A stretch of 64,000 nt of DNA from Candidatus Eiseniibacteriota bacterium (GCA_963792585.1 CAWBWI010000003.1:1184001-1248000); one strand, 5' to 3'; positions 21,169 through 34,725 are shown, counted from the stretch's first letter. The notes: generated by a model not told the origin, from the letters alone. Numbers and translations: made by a program.

Positions 21169-21810
21169 ATGATGTTGGGTCTGATCGGGCGAAAAGTCGG
21201 GATGACGCAGATCTTCCTCGAGAACGGCGCCGCCGTCCCCGTGACGGTGATCGAGGCCGGGCCCCTGCCCCGTGGTCGATGTGCGCACGGCCGAGAAGGA
21301 TGGCTACAAGCGCCGTCCAGCTCGCCTGGGGAGAGGTCAAGGAGAAGAAGCTGTCGAAGGCCGAGGTGGGGCACCTGAAGTCCAAGAATCTCGGACCGAT
21401 GAGGCACCTCCGCGAGTTCCGCACGGAGCGCGGGGACCTCAAGACGGGCGACACGCTCTCCGTGGATCTCTTCGAGGTCGGCCAGCAAGGTCGACGTCAT
21501 CGCCACGAGCATCGGCCGTGGATTCCAGGGTGTCGTCAAGCGGCACCACTTCCGCGGCGGACCGGCGAGCCACGGCTGCAAGACCAAGGACATGCCCGGA
21601 TCGGTCGGCGCGTCGGCATGGCCGTCGCACGTCATCAAGGGCAAGCGCTTGCCGGGACAGATGGGCAACAAGCGGATCACGGTCAAGAACCTCCAGGTCG
21701 TGCGGATCGACAAGGAACGCAACCTGGTCGTGCTTCGGGGCGCGATCCCGGGCGCGGTGAACGGACTCGTTCTCGTGCGCCAGGTGATCAAGGTCGGACA
21801 GGAGGGTTAG
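21169..21810 (+). CDS. rplC: 50S ribosomal protein L3 (apparent frameshifts)
   Basis: [28 protein letters not shown]. Confidence 0.94.
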
Positions 21811-21814
21811 GCAG

Positions 21815-22450
21815 GTGGCCACCGCAAAGCTCTACGCCCCCACCGGCGAGGAGAAGGGAACGGTCGAGCTGCCCGATTGGGCGTTCGCTCAGCCGATCCA
21901 TCGACACGCCATGTGGGAGGTCGTTCGCAACTACCTCGCCAACATCCGGCTCGGGACGGTTGCAGACCAAGACCCGATCCTTCGTCAGCGGCGGCGGCAA
22001 GAAGCCGTTCGCGCAGAAGAAGACCGGACGGGCCCGCGCGGGCACGACTCGTTCGCCGATCTGGGTCGGCGGCGGCCGCGCGCACGGACCCAAGCCCCGA
22101 AGCTACAGCTTCGAGGTTCCGAAGAAGGTCCGCCGTCTCGCACTCCGCTCCGCCCTCTCGATGAAGGCGCGGCAGGAGCACGTGGCGGTCCTCTCCGATC
22201 TGCCGCTGCAGGACGCGAAGACCCGTGAGGTCTATCTCGGTCCTGAGGAACCTGGGGATCGCCGGTACGAAGACCCTCCTCGTGCTCCCCGAGTACGACG
22301 AGAGAATGCTGCGCGCGGCGCGCAACCTCCCGAAGGTGAGCACGGCGGTCTTCACGAACCTGCATACCTATCAGGTGATCGAGCAGTGACCGGCTCGTCC
22401 TGCTGCAGAGCACGGTGAGCAAGATGCAGGAAGCCGAGGTGCAGAAATGA
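21815..22450 (+). CDS. rplD: 50S ribosomal protein L4 (apparent frameshifts)
   Basis: SGGGKKPFAQKKTGRARAG, GGGRAHGPKPR. Confidence 0.94.
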
Positions 22451-22737
22451 AGGAGCCGAGGGCCATCATTCGGCGCGCGCTGATCACCGAGAAGGGGTCC
22501 CGGATCCGCGAGGCGCAGAACCGGTACTACTTCCAGGTCAGTCCCGACGCGAACAAGCTCGAGATCAAGAGCGCGATCCAGACGATCTTCAAGGTCGACG
22601 TTCTGGACGTCCGGACGATCAGTGTTCGCGGGAAGTTCAAGAGACTGGGTCGGACACAGGGCCGACGTTCATCATGGAAGAAGGCCATCGTCACGCTGAA
22701 GCCCGGCCAGACGATCGAGCTGTTCGATACCATCTAA
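22447..22737 (+). CDS. rplW: 50S ribosomal protein L23
   Basis: ITEK, ANKLEIK, WKKAIVTL. Confidence 0.96.
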   Translation: MKEPRAIIRRALITEKGSRIREAQNRYYFQVSPDANKLEIKSAIQTIFKVDVLDVRTISVRGKFKRLGRTQGRRSSWKKAIVTLKPGQTIELFDTI

Positions 22738-22760
22738 CTCCGGCTGGAGGATCGGTCAGA

Positions 22761-23592
22761 ATGGCTGTCAAGAAATTCAAGCCCACGACCCCGAGCCTTC
22801 GGTATCAAGACGGTCTCGGATTTCTCCGAGCTCTCGAAGAAGAAGCCGGAGAAGGCGCTGACAAGTCCGAAGAAGTCGACGGGTGGACGAAACAATCACG
22901 GGCGCGTAACCGCCTGGTGCCGCGGCGGCGGTCACAAGCGCCGCTATCCGTATCATCGACTTTCACCGGAAGAAGCACGGAATCCCGGCGAAGGTCGCGG
23001 CGATCGAGTACGATCCGAACCGCAGCGCCCGCATCGCGCTGCTGCACTATGCGGACGGCGAGAAGCGTTACATCCTCGCGCCGATCGGCGTGGCGGTGGG
23101 CGACACGCTTGATGTCCGGCCCCGACGTCGAGATCCGCGAGGGCAACGCGATGCCGCTCCGCAGCGTTCCGCCGGGCACGAGCGATCCACAACATCGAGC
23201 TGATCCCCGGCAAGGGCGGTCAGGTCGCGCGCGGGGCCGGGAGCGAGTGTCAGATCATGGCCAAGGAAGGGCGCTTCGCGCAGGTGAAGCTCCCGTCGGG
23301 CGAGGTTCGGAGGTTCGATCTCGACTGCTACTGCACCCTCGGCAAGGTCGGCAACGTCGACCACGAGAACGTCGATCATCGGCAAGGCCGGCCGGAACCG
23401 CTGGCTGGGCTGGCGGTCGAGTTCCCGCGGCGTCGCCATGAACCCGCACGATCACCCGATGGGCGGTGGCGAAGGCAAGAGCTCCGGCGGACGGCATCCG
23501 TGCACGCCGTGGGGCAAGCCGACCAAGGGTTACAAGACGCGCAAGAAGAAGCTGTCGGACAAGCTCATCGTCCGGCGGCGAATAAGAAGTAG
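22761..23592 (+). CDS. rplB: 50S ribosomal protein L2 (apparent frameshifts)
   Basis: [36 protein letters not shown]. Confidence 0.95.
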
Positions 23593-23618
23593 TACGGTCG
23601 CGGACCGGAGAGGGTGCG

Positions 23619-23904
23619 ATGGCTAGATCGCTGAAGAAGGGTCCCTTCGTGGACACCAAGTCTGGCGAAGAAGATCGATGAGATGAACAGATCGAAGGAG
23701 AAGAAGGTCGTTCGGACCTGGGCGCGCCGTAGCACGGTGATCCCGGAGTTCGTCGGCCACACCGTCGCCGTGCACAACGGCAACAAGTTCATCCCGATCT
23801 ACGTCACCGAGAACATGGTTGGGCACAAGCTCGGCGAGTTCGCCCCCACGCGGATGTTCCGCGGGCACGCGCACTCGGACAAGAGCACGACGCCCGCGAA
23901 GTAG
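23619..23904 (+). CDS. rpsS: 30S ribosomal protein S19 (apparent frameshift)
   Basis: [29 protein letters not shown]. Confidence 0.95.
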
Positions 23905-23921
23905 GGCGCGGAGGCAGGCAG

Positions 23922-24263
23922 ATGGAGAGCAGAGCGATCGCCCGCTACGTGCGGGTCACTCCCCGAAAGGCGGATCGGGTGCTCCGACTGATTCGGGGGA
24001 TCAATGTGGAGCGGGCCGAGGAGATCCTCGCCTTCACGCCGCGTCCGATCGCGCGCCAGATCAACAAGGTGCTCAAGTCGGCGGTGGCGAACGCCACGAA
24101 GAAGGAAGAGAAGCTCAAAGTCGATGAGTTGTACGTGAAGATGGCCGTGTCCGGCGCGGGACCGATCCTGAAGCGGTTCCTGCCACGCGCCCACGGTCGC
24201 GCGACGAGATTCTGGAAGCGGACGAGTCACATCACGATCGTCGTTTCCAACGGCAAGAAGTAG
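23922..24263 (+). CDS. rplV: 50S ribosomal protein L22
   Basis: [24 protein letters not shown]. Confidence 0.96.
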   Translation: MESRAIARYVRVTPRKADRVLRLIRGINVERAEEILAFTPRPIARQINKVLKSAVANATKKEEKLKVDELYVKMAVSGAGPILKRFLPRAHGRATRFWKRTSHITIVVSNGKK

Positions 24264-24286
24264 CTGGGAAGGTTTCGGAGGGAAAC

Positions 24287-24970
24287 TTGGGACAGAAGAT
24301 GCAATCCGATCGGTCTTCGGCTCGGGATCGTCAAGACCTGGGACTCCCGCTGGTTCGCCAGGAAGGATTACGCGGACCTTCTCGAGGAGGACATCACGAT
24401 CCGGCGCTACCTTCGCAAGCGCCTCCCGAACAGCGGAATCTCGAAGAGTGATCATCGAGCGCGCCTCGAACAAGGTCGACGTGACGATCCACACGGCCAA
24501 GCCCGGGGTGGTGATCGGCAAGAGCGGGGCGCAGGTCAATCAGCTCCGAGATGAGCTGCAGCACCTGACCAAGAAGGACGTCTTCATCGACATCAAGGCG
24601 GTCGAGAATCCCGAGGCCGATTCCCAGCTGGTCGCCGAGCAGATCGCTCGTCAGCTCGAGCAGCGTGTCGGCTTCCGGCGCGTCCTGAAGAGGGCGGTTT
24701 CGCAAGCGATGCGCGCGGGCGCGAAGGGTGTGCGCGTCGTCGCTTCAGGCCGCATCGGCGGCGCCGAGATGGCCCGCACCGAGGGGTACCGCGAGGGTCG
24801 TGTTCCTCTCCACACGCTGCGGGCGGACATCGATTACGCCACCTGCCACGGCCGTAACGACCTTCGGCGCGGTCGGGGTGAAGGTTTGGATCTTCCACGG
24901 GGAGATCCTCGATACGACGGATGTTGGCGGCAGCGCCTCCAGTCCCGAGGGACGCCGCCCGCGCGGTTAG
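24287..24970 (+). CDS. rpsC: 30S ribosomal protein S3 (TTG start; apparent frameshifts)
   Basis: [35 protein letters not shown]. Confidence 0.94.
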
Positions 24971-25012
24971 CGCGCGGGTCGGACGGACAAAGGCAGAAGG
25001 AGTAGAGATCCC

Positions 25013-25427
25013 ATGTTGATGCCGAAGCGGGTAAAGCACCGCAAACAGCAGCGCGGCAGAATGGGCGGAAAGGCGACCCGGGGCGCGGACCTGGCGTTCG
25101 GCGACTTCGGACTGAAGGCGCTCGAGCCCGGGTGGGTCACGAACACGCAGATCGAGGCCGCGCGTGTCGCGATCAACCGTCATGTCAAGCGCGGCGGCAA
25201 GATGTGGATCCGGATCTTTCCGGACAAGCCGGTGACCGCGAAGCCCGCCGAAACGCGAATGGGTAGCGGCAAGGGGAATCCAGAGTCGTGGGTGGCGGTC
25301 GTGAAGCCCGGGACGGATCCTGTTCGAACTCGAGGGGATCACCGCGGAACTCGCGAACGAGGCCCTTCGCCTCGGCGCATCCAAACTCGCGATCAAGACC
25401 AAGATCGTCCAGCGCCAGGAGTACTAA
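25013..25427 (+). CDS. rplP: 50S ribosomal protein L16 (apparent frameshift)
   Basis: [26 protein letters not shown]. Confidence 0.95.
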
Positions 25428-25430
25428 GAG

Positions 25431-25670
25431 ATGAAAGAGAACAGGGCGGCCGTGCTCCGAGAGCACAATACGGTGGAGGATATCCGTCACAAGATCCATG
25501 AGTTGAACGAGGAGCTGTTCAACCTGCGTTTCCGCAACTCGGTCAAGCAGCTCGACAACCCTCTGAAGATTCGCGAGGTGCGTCGGGACTTGGCTCGGAT
25601 GCTGACGCTGCTCCGCGAGCACGACAAGGGGATCCGCCGCCTGGCCGAGCATCCGGGCGCGACGAAGTGA
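25431..25670 (+). CDS. rpmC: 50S ribosomal protein L29
   Basis: [17 protein letters not shown]; operon position. Confidence 0.93.
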   Translation: MKENRAAVLREHNTVEDIRHKIHELNEELFNLRFRNSVKQLDNPLKIREVRRDLARMLTLLREHDKGIRRLAEHPGATK

Positions 25671-25678
25671 GGAATGTG

Positions 25679-25936
25679 ATGAGCGACAGGTTGCAGCGCA
25701 AGGTGCGCGAAGGCAGGGTCATCAGCAATAAGATGGACAAGACGGTCGTGGTCGAACAGCGCCGGCGGGTCCAGCATCCCGTGTACAAGCGGTACATTAC
25801 CCTGACCAAGAAGTACTACGCGCACGACGAGAAGAACGAATGCCAGATCGGTGATTTCGTGAGGATCATGGAGACCCGTCCTCTCAGCAAACAGAAGCGC
25901 TGGCGAGTGGCCGAGGTCCTCGAGAAGGTCCAGTAG
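25679..25936 (+). CDS. rpsQ: 30S ribosomal protein S17
   Basis: [20 protein letters not shown]. Confidence 0.96.
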   Translation: MSDRLQRKVREGRVISNKMDKTVVVEQRRRVQHPVYKRYITLTKKYYAHDEKNECQIGDFVRIMETRPLSKQKRWRVAEVLEKVQ

Positions 25937-25978
25937 GCCGACCTTGGGGCGGTCACTGGCTAACGGTGGGGTGAAACG

Positions 25979-26347
25979 ATGATCCAGCAGCAGACGATGT
26001 TGACGATCTCGGACAACACCGGGGCTCGTCGGGCAATGTGTATCAAGGTTCTCGGGGGAACTCGGCGGCGCTACGCGTACGTCGGGGACATCATCGTCGT
26101 TGCTATCAAGGACGCGATCCCCAATGGCGCCGTCAAGAAGGGCGAGAAGGCCCGGGCGGTCATCATTCGGACGAAGAAGGAAATCCGTCGGAAGGACGGT
26201 TCCTACATCCGTTTCGATCAGAACGCCGCGGTCCTGATCGACAAGGCCAAGGAGCCGAGAGGCACCCGTATTTTTGGACCCGTTGCGCGGGAGTTGAGGG
26301 AGAAGGAGTTCATGAAGATCATCTCCCTGGCGCCCGAGGTCATCTAA
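25979..26347 (+). CDS. rplN: 50S ribosomal protein L14
   Basis: [26 protein letters not shown]. Confidence 0.97.
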   Translation: MIQQQTMLTISDNTGARRAMCIKVLGGTRRRYAYVGDIIVVAIKDAIPNGAVKKGEKARAVIIRTKKEIRRKDGSYIRFDQNAAVLIDKAKEPRGTRIFGPVARELREKEFMKIISLAPEVI

Positions 26348-26371
26348 CCGGTCCGTGGAGGTGTCGCGATC

Positions 26372-26728
26372 ATGATTCGCAAAGGTGACACGGTTGTCGT
26401 GATTCGGGGCGAGGACAAAGGCAAGACAGGTCGCGTCCTTTCCGTCGATCCGAAGAAGAAGATGGTGGTCGTGCAGAGAGTCCGGCTCGTCCAGCGGCAC
26501 CAGAAGCCCGGCCGCAGCCAGCAGATCAAGCAGGGCACCGTCGAGAAGGAGCTTCCGATCCAGATGTCCGCGCTCGCGTTGATCGATCCGAAGTCGAGCA
26601 AGCCGACCAGGGTGCGGGCCGAACTGCCCCAGTCCGGCGATGTGGACAAGAAGGAAATCCGGCGCGGTAAGGTCCGGCGGAGCGTGCGCTCCGGCGTTGA
26701 AATCGAGAAGCCCGTGGTGAAGTCGTAA
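26372..26728 (+). CDS. rplX: 50S ribosomal protein L24
   Basis: [22 protein letters not shown] motif. Confidence 0.94.
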   Translation: MIRKGDTVVVIRGEDKGKTGRVLSVDPKKKMVVVQRVRLVQRHQKPGRSQQIKQGTVEKELPIQMSALALIDPKSSKPTRVRAELPQSGDVDKKEIRRGKVRRSVRSGVEIEKPVVKS

Positions 26729-26757
26729 CGCCGGAAGGCGCGACCCTTGAGGAGACC

Positions 26758-27396
26758 ATGAGCGAGAACCCGAAGAAGAAGGCGGAAAAGGGGAAGCCGA
26801 CCCAAGCAGAGGGGAAGGCTGTCGCGGCGCCGGCCGTGAAGGAAAAGGCGCCCGATTCGCGCGGCCGGAAGGTCTACCGCGAAGAGGTCGTTCCCTACCT
26901 GGTGAAGCGGTTCGCGTACAGGAGCCCGATGCAGGTCCCGTATCTCGAGAAGATCGTGGTCAACATGGGCATCGGGGATTCCCTGGCGAACATCAAGTTG
27001 CTCGACGCGGCGGTCGCCGATCTGCAGGCGATCACCGGACAGAAGGCGGCGATCCGGCGGTCGAAAGTGTCGATCGCGAACTTCAAGCTCCGTGCCGGCG
27101 CGCCCATCGGCGCCATGGTCACCCTACGGGGGCCGCGGATGTGGGAGTTCCTCGATCGCCTTCTGATCGTGGCGATCCCGACGATTCGCGACTTTCGGGG
27201 CCTTTCCACGAAGTCGTTCGATGGTCGCGGGAACTACACGTTCGGTATCAAAGAGCAGACGATCTTCCCGGAGATCAAGTACGAGAAGGTCGAGAAGATC
27301 CGCGGGATGGACATCACGCTGGTCACGAGTGCCAGAAACGATGAGGAAGGCTACGAGTTGCTCAAGGCAATGAAGTGGCCGTTCCGAGAGAAGTAG
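26758..27396 (+). CDS. rplE: 50S ribosomal protein L5 with K/A/E-rich N-terminal extension
   Basis: [26 protein letters not shown]. Confidence 0.96.
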   Translation: MSENPKKKAEKGKPTQAEGKAVAAPAVKEKAPDSRGRKVYREEVVPYLVKRFAYRSPMQVPYLEKIVVNMGIGDSLANIKLLDAAVADLQAITGQKAAIRRSKVSIANFKLRAGAPIGAMVTLRGPRMWEFLDRLLIVAIPTIRDFRGLSTKSFDGRGNYTFGIKEQTIFPEIKYEKVEKIRGMDITLVTSARNDEEGYELLKAMKWPFREK

Positions 27397-27430
27397 ACAA
27401 CGGCAGGTTCGGAGCGGAGGAAGCCCAAGC

Positions 27431-27616
27431 GTGGCGAAGAAGTGTCTGATCGAAAAGAGTCGACGCAAGCCGAAGTTCGGGGTCCGTGCCTACAGCCGCT
27501 GTCGGCAGTGTGGTCGCCCGAGGGCGTACATGCGGAAGTTCGCACTCTGCCGGATCTGTTTCCGGAATCTGGCGTTGGGCGGAGAACTTCCGGGCGTGGT
27601 CAAGGCGAGCTGGTAG
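27431..27616 (+). CDS. rpsN: 30S ribosomal protein S14 type Z
   Basis: 61 aa; RCRQCGR...[15 protein letters not shown]. Confidence 0.96.
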   Translation: MAKKCLIEKSRRKPKFGVRAYSRCRQCGRPRAYMRKFALCRICFRNLALGGELPGVVKASW

Positions 27617-27674
27617 GCAGTAACGGAAGAGCCCCTTCCGCTCGCGGGAGCGGGCTCGCTGGAGTCAAGAAGAG

Positions 27675-28073
27675 ATGAGCCAGACCGATCCAATCGCGGA
27701 CATGCTGACTTGCATCCGCAATGCGGTCCGAGCGGGTCATCGCCGGGTGGACATCCCGGCGTCGAACCAGAAGACCGCTATCGCCGAGGCCCTGCTGCGG
27801 GAGCACTTCATCCAGAGCTTCCGGAAGATCGAGGACGATAAGCAGGGACTCGTCCGCATCTATCTGAAGTACGACTCGAACGAGGTGCCGGTGATCACCG
27901 GAATCCAGCGTGTGAGTCGACCGGGCCTGCGCGCATACGTAGGCAAGGACGAAATCCCGCGTGTGATGAGCGGGATGGGCGCCGCGATTCTGTCGACGAC
28001 CCGCGGCATCCTGACGGACAAGGAAGCTCGCGCCCAGGGTCTGGGTGGTGAGCTCCTCGCACGGGTCTGGTAA
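27675..28073 (+). CDS. rpsH: 30S ribosomal protein S8
   Basis: DPIADML, SRPGLRAY, GGELL. Confidence 0.96.
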   Translation: MSQTDPIADMLTCIRNAVRAGHRRVDIPASNQKTAIAEALLREHFIQSFRKIEDDKQGLVRIYLKYDSNEVPVITGIQRVSRPGLRAYVGKDEIPRVMSGMGAAILSTTRGILTDKEARAQGLGGELLARVW

Positions 28074-28103
28074 AGACGGTCCGGAGAAAACGGGAGAATC
28101 GAT

Positions 28104-28643
28104 ATGTCGCGCGTTGGCAAGAAAGCGATTCCGATCCCCAAGGGGGTCAGCCTCGTCCAGGACGGTAACACCGTTCGGGCGAAGGGTCCCCTCGGTGAGC
28201 TGTCCGGGCAGCTCCGAGACGGGATGACGGTGCGAATCGAAGAATCGATCGCGCACGTCGACTCGGGTCTGCCGACGAAGCAGGGGAGCGCCCTCCATGG
28301 GGTGTCCCGGGCCATCGTCGCCAACCTCGTCGAAGGGGTCAGCTTGGGCTTCAAGCGGGATATGGAGATCATCGGCACGGGATACCGTGTCAGCCTCGAC
28401 GGGCGAAAGTTGGTCTTCAAGCTGAACTATGACCATCCGATCGAGTTCCCGCTTCCGGATGGCATCACTGCGGAGGTCGCTGACCGTCCCCCGCGTGTCA
28501 CGGTCAAGGGAATCGATAAATATCTGGTCGGGCAGACGGCGGCGAATATCCGCCGGCTCCAGCCGCCCGAACCCTACAAGGGCAAGGGGATCAAATACGT
28601 CGACGAGACGGTCCGGCGCAAGGCCGGGAAGTCGGCCGGCTAG
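28104..28643 (+). CDS. rplF: 50S ribosomal protein L6
   Basis: [22 protein letters not shown]. Confidence 0.96.
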   Translation: MSRVGKKAIPIPKGVSLVQDGNTVRAKGPLGELSGQLRDGMTVRIEESIAHVDSGLPTKQGSALHGVSRAIVANLVEGVSLGFKRDMEIIGTGYRVSLDGRKLVFKLNYDHPIEFPLPDGITAEVADRPPRVTVKGIDKYLVGQTAANIRRLQPPEPYKGKGIKYVDETVRRKAGKSAG

Positions 28644-28666
28644 CGAATTCCGGGAGGGGTTCGAGC

Positions 28667-29038
28667 ATGACATCGGTTGCGAACAAGAGAATGACGGCGC
28701 GGCTGAAGCGCCACCGTCGGATACGCAAGAAGTTGCGTGGCACGGCGGAGGTTCCGAGGCTCTGCGTTTTCCGCAGCTCGATCCACATCTACGCGCAACT
28801 CATCAACGACGACCTTGGAGCGTCGCTGTGCGGCGCCTCGACTCTGAGTCCGGCCATCCGCGAGGAGGTCAAGGGGCTGAAGAAGATCGAGCGAAGCAAG
28901 CGCGTCGGGCTGCTGATCGCGAAGCTCGCACGGGAGAAGGGCATCGAGAAGGTGGCCTTCGACCGCGGCGGATACCTGTACCACGGACGCGTTCGGGCCC
29001 TCGCCGACGGCGCCCGTGAGGGCGGACTGAAGTTCTAG
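28667..29038 (+). CDS. rplR: 50S ribosomal protein L18
   Basis: [20 protein letters not shown]. Confidence 0.96.
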   Translation: MTSVANKRMTARLKRHRRIRKKLRGTAEVPRLCVFRSSIHIYAQLINDDLGASLCGASTLSPAIREEVKGLKKIERSKRVGLLIAKLAREKGIEKVAFDRGGYLYHGRVRALADGAREGGLKF

Positions 29039-29067
29039 GGCTTGGTGCCCAGAGTGAGGGAGATGCC

Positions 29068-29667
29068 TTGAGAGGAGATCGTGGGGATCGGCCGCGCGAT
29101 GCGCGAGACCGCGGCGGCGAGTGGGGAAGCGAGCCGGAGTACATCGAGCGCGTCATCCACATCAACCGAGTGGCAAAGGTTGTGAAGGGTGGACGTCGGT
29201 TCAGCTTCAACGCGATCGTCGCTGTCGGCAATCAGAAGGGAAAAGTCGGCGTCGGCTTGGGGAAGGCCAACGAAGTCTCGGAGGCGATCCGCAAGGCGGG
29301 CGAGGCGGCCCGGAAGAACGTGATCGAAGTTCCGCTGCTGCGGACGACGATCCCCCATGCGATCGAAGGACACTTCGGCGCGGGACGCGTTCTGCTGAAG
29401 CCTGCTTCTGAAGGAACGGGCCTGATCGCGGGTGGCGGAGTGCGGGCGGTGCTCGAGGTCGCCGGGATCAGCGATCTGCTGACCAAGAGCCTCGGGAGCT
29501 CCAATCCCCACAATGTGGTCAAGGCGACGATGGACGGCCTGACGAGGCTGCGCAGGGCGGCGGCGGTCGCCCACAGGCGCGAGATGACCGTGGGACAGCT
29601 CCTCGGTTTCGCGCGGCCCACGGGAGGGGAGAATGTCGAAGCGGCTCAGAATCCAGCAGATCTCTAG
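29068..29667 (+). CDS. rpsE: 30S ribosomal protein S5 (TTG start)
   Basis: [28 protein letters not shown]. Confidence 0.95.
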   Translation: MRGDRGDRPRDARDRGGEWGSEPEYIERVIHINRVAKVVKGGRRFSFNAIVAVGNQKGKVGVGLGKANEVSEAIRKAGEAARKNVIEVPLLRTTIPHAIEGHFGAGRVLLKPASEGTGLIAGGGVRAVLEVAGISDLLTKSLGSSNPHNVVKATMDGLTRLRRAAAVAHRREMTVGQLLGFARPTGGENVEAAQNPADL

Positions 29668-29821
29668 CAGCATCAAGTGCCTGGAGGGGCAGAAGAGAAC
29701 CCTCCGCGCTCTCGGTCTGCGGCGGATCCGCCATGTCGTCGAGCAACCGGACAACCCGCAGATCCGCGGGATGGTGTTCCACGTTAAGCACCTCGTCAAA
29801 GTCGAGGAGATTGAGGCGTAA
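29633..29821 (+). CDS. rpmD: 50S ribosomal protein L30
   Basis: [18 protein letters not shown]. Confidence 0.94.
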   Translation: MSKRLRIQQISSSIKCLEGQKRTLRALGLRRIRHVVEQPDNPQIRGMVFHVKHLVKVEEIEA

Positions 29822-29848
29822 CCGACGCCGGGAGAGGGGTCGAGTCCG

Positions 29849-30311
29849 ATGAAGCTCAACGAACTGAGGCCCGCCAAGGGTGCGACGAAGAAGCGCAAGA
29901 GGGTCGGTTGCGGAACCGGCTCCGGTCACGGCGGAACGTCGACCCGCGGCCACAAGGGCCACAAGGCCCGCTCTGGCGGGAAAGTTGCCAACTGGTTCGA
30001 AGGCGGCCAGATGCCGCTGCAGCGGCGGGTCCCCAAGAGGGGCTTCACCAATATTCACAAGACGACCTATCAGGTCGTCAATGTCGGTGATCTGACCAGC
30101 TTCGATGCGGGCAGCACCGTCGACCCGGCAGGGCTCGCGAAGGCCGGACTGGCCAAGCGGAAGTTGATGGTGAAATTGTTGGCGGAGGGAACGCTGGACC
30201 GCGGGATTGTCATTCGCGTTCACGCGGCGAGTGCGGCGGCGAAGGCGAAGGTTGAGGCGGCTGGTGGACGTGTTGAGATCCTGACCCCAAAGGTCGATCG
30301 AGGCCCAGAGA

Positions 30312-30319
<8 letters not shown>
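29849..30319 (+). CDS. rplO: 50S ribosomal protein L15
   Basis: RGHKGHKARSG, FEGGQMPL, PKRGF. Confidence 0.96.
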
Positions 30320-31628
<1,309 letters not shown>

Positions 31629-31644
31629 CAGGGGGCTTCTTCGG

Positions 31645-32307
31645 ATGCGTTTGGTTTTCCTGGGAGCGCCCGGATCGGGCAAGGGGACGCAGGGGGCATT
31701 GATGAGCCGGAGGCTCTCGATTCCCCAGATCGCGACAGGCGACATCCTGCGGGCTGAGATGCATGCCGGGACGCCTCTGGGAGTGAAGGCGAACGAGTTC
31801 GTCGGACGTGGCGAGTACGTCGCCGACGATGTGATGCTGGGGATCATCGGGTCGCGTCTGTCACAGCCGGACACGGCGCGAGGGTTCGTCCTCGACGGGT
31901 TTCCGCGGACGATCCCGCAGGCGCAGGGGCTCGACGAGCTCCTTGCGAGGCTCGATACCCGCCTCGACGCGGTCGTGAAGCTCGATGTTTCGAAGAAGTC
32001 GCTGATCGAGCGGATGGTCGCGCGGAGGGTGTGCTCGGGATGTGCGGCCGTGTACAACATCCATACGAACCCTCCGAAAGTGGAGGGGATCTGCGACAGG
32101 TGCGGCAAGCCGCTCATCCTGCGCGCGGACGACACGGACGAGACGGTGAAGAAGAGGTTGGTTCTGTACGAGGTGGCGACGGGTCCCCTGATCGACTATT
32201 ACGACGCTCAGAGGCTCCTCGTGATCGTGCAGGCGGAGGGTGGCATCGACGAAGTCGCGACGCGGATCGAGCAGGCGCTCGAACTGCGCGCGGGGAGCGG
32301 CCGGTAA
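31645..32307 (+). CDS. adk: Adenylate kinase (Zn-LID type)
   Basis: GAPGSGKGTQ, LDGFPRT, CxxC...CxxC LID. Confidence 0.96.
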   Translation: MRLVFLGAPGSGKGTQGALMSRRLSIPQIATGDILRAEMHAGTPLGVKANEFVGRGEYVADDVMLGIIGSRLSQPDTARGFVLDGFPRTIPQAQGLDELLARLDTRLDAVVKLDVSKKSLIERMVARRVCSGCAAVYNIHTNPPKVEGICDRCGKPLILRADDTDETVKKRLVLYEVATGPLIDYYDAQRLLVIVQAEGGIDEVATRIEQALELRAGSGR

Positions 32308-32328
32308 GGCCTGTAAGAGGGTAAGGCG

Positions 32329-33096
32329 CTGATCTACATCAAGAAGCCGGTCGAGATCGATCTGATCCGCCGATCCGCCGAGATCGTCGCGGAGGCGCTC
32401 GACCTCGCCGGGGAGATGATCCGGCCCGGGATCGAGACGGTCGAGATCGACCGCGCGGTCGAGGCCCTGATCCGTGCGCGCGGCGCCACGCCTTCCTTCA
32501 AGGGTTACTATGGATATCCGGCGAGCACCTGCATTTCGATCAACGAGCAGGTCGTTCACGGGATTCCCGGCAATCAGCAGCTCCGCGAGGGGGACATCGT
32601 CGGCGTCGACATCGGCGCCTACCTGAACCACTTCCATGGGGACGGCGCGAGGACCTTCGCGGTCGGCGCGGCCTCGAAGGAAGCGGAGAAGCTCATGCGC
32701 GTGACCCGGGAGTGCCTCGAGATGGGAATCGAACAGGCCAAGGCCGGGAATCGAGTGGGCGACATCGGTGCGGCCGTGCAGCGGCATGCGGAGAGCAACG
32801 GCTACGGGGTGGTCCGTTCGCTCTGCGGCCATGGGATCGGCAACGCGCTCCATGAGGATCCGCAGGTGCCGAACTACGGCCAACCTGGCACGGGAGCGAA
32901 GCTCCGGCCCGGGATGGTGATCGCGATCGAGCCGATGATCAACGAGGGGACGCACGAAGTCTACACGCTGGACGACGAGTGGACGGTGGTGACGAGCGAC
33001 CATAGTCTTTCGGCTCATTACGAGCACACGGTCGCGATCACAGAGGAAGGGCCGGTGGTGCTCACCGTCCGGCCTGACGACAGGGGTGTGCGATGA
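32329..33096 (+). CDS. map: Type I methionine aminopeptidase (probable CTG start)
   Basis: [33 protein letters not shown]; homology extends upstream of ATG 32416. Confidence 0.95.
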   Translation: MIYIKKPVEIDLIRRSAEIVAEALDLAGEMIRPGIETVEIDRAVEALIRARGATPSFKGYYGYPASTCISINEQVVHGIPGNQQLREGDIVGVDIGAYLNHFHGDGARTFAVGAASKEAEKLMRVTRECLEMGIEQAKAGNRVGDIGAAVQRHAESNGYGVVRSLCGHGIGNALHEDPQVPNYGQPGTGAKLRPGMVIAIEPMINEGTHEVYTLDDEWTVVTSDHSLSAHYEHTVAITEEGPVVLTVRPDDRGVR

Positions 33097-33209
33097 AGGT
33101 CAGAACGTCCGTCAAGAAGATCTGCGAAAACTGCAAGATGATCCGGCGCGAAGGCGTTTTGCGCGTCATCTGCAAGAAGAACCCGCGGCACAAGCAGCGG
33201 CAGAAGTAG
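33093..33209 (+). CDS. rpmJ: 50S ribosomal protein L36
   Basis: [38 protein letters not shown] (read directly; below ORF-track cutoff). Confidence 0.96.
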   Translation: MKVRTSVKKICENCKMIRREGVLRVICKKNPRHKQRQK

Positions 33210-33245
33210 GCACGGCCGCTCGGCCGGTAAAGAGGAGGAAGTCGG

Positions 33246-33641
33246 TTGGCGCGTATCGCAGGAGTTGATCTCCCGAACGAGAAGAGGATCGTGGTCTCGT
33301 TGACGTACATCTACGGGATCGGGCCCGCGACCGCTAAGAAGATCATCGCGACGACCGGTGTGGATCCGAGCAAGCGGACCAAGAATCTGACGGATGAAGA
33401 GACGGCCCGGCTTCGCACCGAGATCGAGTCGAACTACCGGATCGAGGGTGCCCTGCACACCGAGGTCGGGATGAACATCAAACGTCTGATGGATATCGGC
33501 TGCTACCGCGGCCTTCGCCATCGGCGCAGTCTTCCTGCCCGGGGTCAGAGGACCCGCACGAATGCCCGGACCCGCAAGGGACCCAAGAAGACGGCGGGCG
33601 CCGTTCGCAACAAGAAGGCGAAGCCGGGTAAGAAGGGTTAG
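33246..33641 (+). CDS. rpsM: 30S ribosomal protein S13
   Basis: [29 protein letters not shown]. Confidence 0.97.
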   Translation: MARIAGVDLPNEKRIVVSLTYIYGIGPATAKKIIATTGVDPSKRTKNLTDEETARLRTEIESNYRIEGALHTEVGMNIKRLMDIGCYRGLRHRRSLPARGQRTRTNARTRKGPKKTAGAVRNKKAKPGKKG

Positions 33642-33672
33642 TCAAAGTCGACGACGACGGAGGTAGAGGATA

Positions 33673-34062
33673 GTGGCTCGGGAGAAAAAGGGACCGAAGC
33701 GTAGGGATCGTAAGGTGCCGCTCATGGGAGTGGTGCACGTTCATTCCAGCTTCAACAATACGATCATCTCGATCACCGACATGGACGGTGGAATCGTGAC
33801 CTGGGCAAGCGCCGGGAAGGTCGGCTTCAAGGGTTCGCGCAAGTCCACGCCGTTCGCGGCGCAGCTTGCGGCCGAGAACGCCGCCAAGGAAGCGATGAAT
33901 CTCGGGATGAGAAGAGTCGAGGTCTGGGTGAAGGGGCCCGGCGCCGGCCGTGAGGCGGCGATCCGCTCGCTCCAGGCCGCCGGAATGGAGATCGTTGCCA
34001 TCCGCGACGTCACGCCGATCCCGCACAACGGGTGCCGGCCGCCGAAGCGTCGTCGGGTCTAG
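33673..34062 (+). CDS. rpsK: 30S ribosomal protein S11
   Basis: [27 protein letters not shown]. Confidence 0.97.
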   Translation: MAREKKGPKRRDRKVPLMGVVHVHSSFNNTIISITDMDGGIVTWASAGKVGFKGSRKSTPFAAQLAAENAAKEAMNLGMRRVEVWVKGPGAGREAAIRSLQAAGMEIVAIRDVTPIPHNGCRPPKRRRV

Positions 34063-34095
34063 CAAAAGGCAGTACGGAGGAGGAAGCGAGTACCG

Positions 34096-34725
34096 ATGGC
34101 CAAGTATACGGGGCCGAAGTGCAGATTGTGCAGGCGCGAAGGGATCCGCCTGTATCTCAAGGGCGACCGCTGCTACACCGACAAGTGTGCAATCGAGCGC
34201 CGCGGTTACGTCCCTGGTGAGCACGGCAAGGACCGGCGCCAGAAGGAGACGCCGTACGGAGTGCAGCTTCGGGAGAAGCAGAAGGCCCGCAGGGTCTACG
34301 GCATCCTCGAGGCGCAATTCCGCGGCTATTTCCGGAAGGCCGAGCGGAAGAAGGGTGTGACGGGCGAAATCCTCCTTCAGCTCCTGGAGACGCGCCTGGA
34401 CAACATCATCTACCGGCTTGGCATCGCGACTTCGCGTCCGGCCGCGCGTCAGATCGTGCGGCACGGTCACATCGAGGTCAACGGCCGGAGCGTCGACATT
34501 CCCTCTTACCAGGTGAGGGTCGGCGATATCGTGCGAGTGCGCGAGAAGAGCCGCAAGATCGACGCGATCAAGGTCGCAATCGAGAATCGCCGGCGCACCG
34601 AAATGCAAGCTTGGCTGGATTTCGATGACAAGAAACTGGAAGGGCGCCTGAACCAGATTCCGTCGCGGGAGAGCATCCCGGTCCCAATTCAAGAGCAGCT
34701 GATCGTCGAGCTCTACTCGAAGTAA
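34096..34725 (+). CDS. rpsD: 30S ribosomal protein S4 (Cys/Zn type)
   Basis: [29 protein letters not shown]. Confidence 0.97.
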   Translation: MAKYTGPKCRLCRREGIRLYLKGDRCYTDKCAIERRGYVPGEHGKDRRQKETPYGVQLREKQKARRVYGILEAQFRGYFRKAERKKGVTGEILLQLLETRLDNIIYRLGIATSRPAARQIVRHGHIEVNGRSVDIPSYQVRVGDIVRVREKSRKIDAIKVAIENRRRTEMQAWLDFDDKKLEGRLNQIPSRESIPVPIQEQLIVELYSK

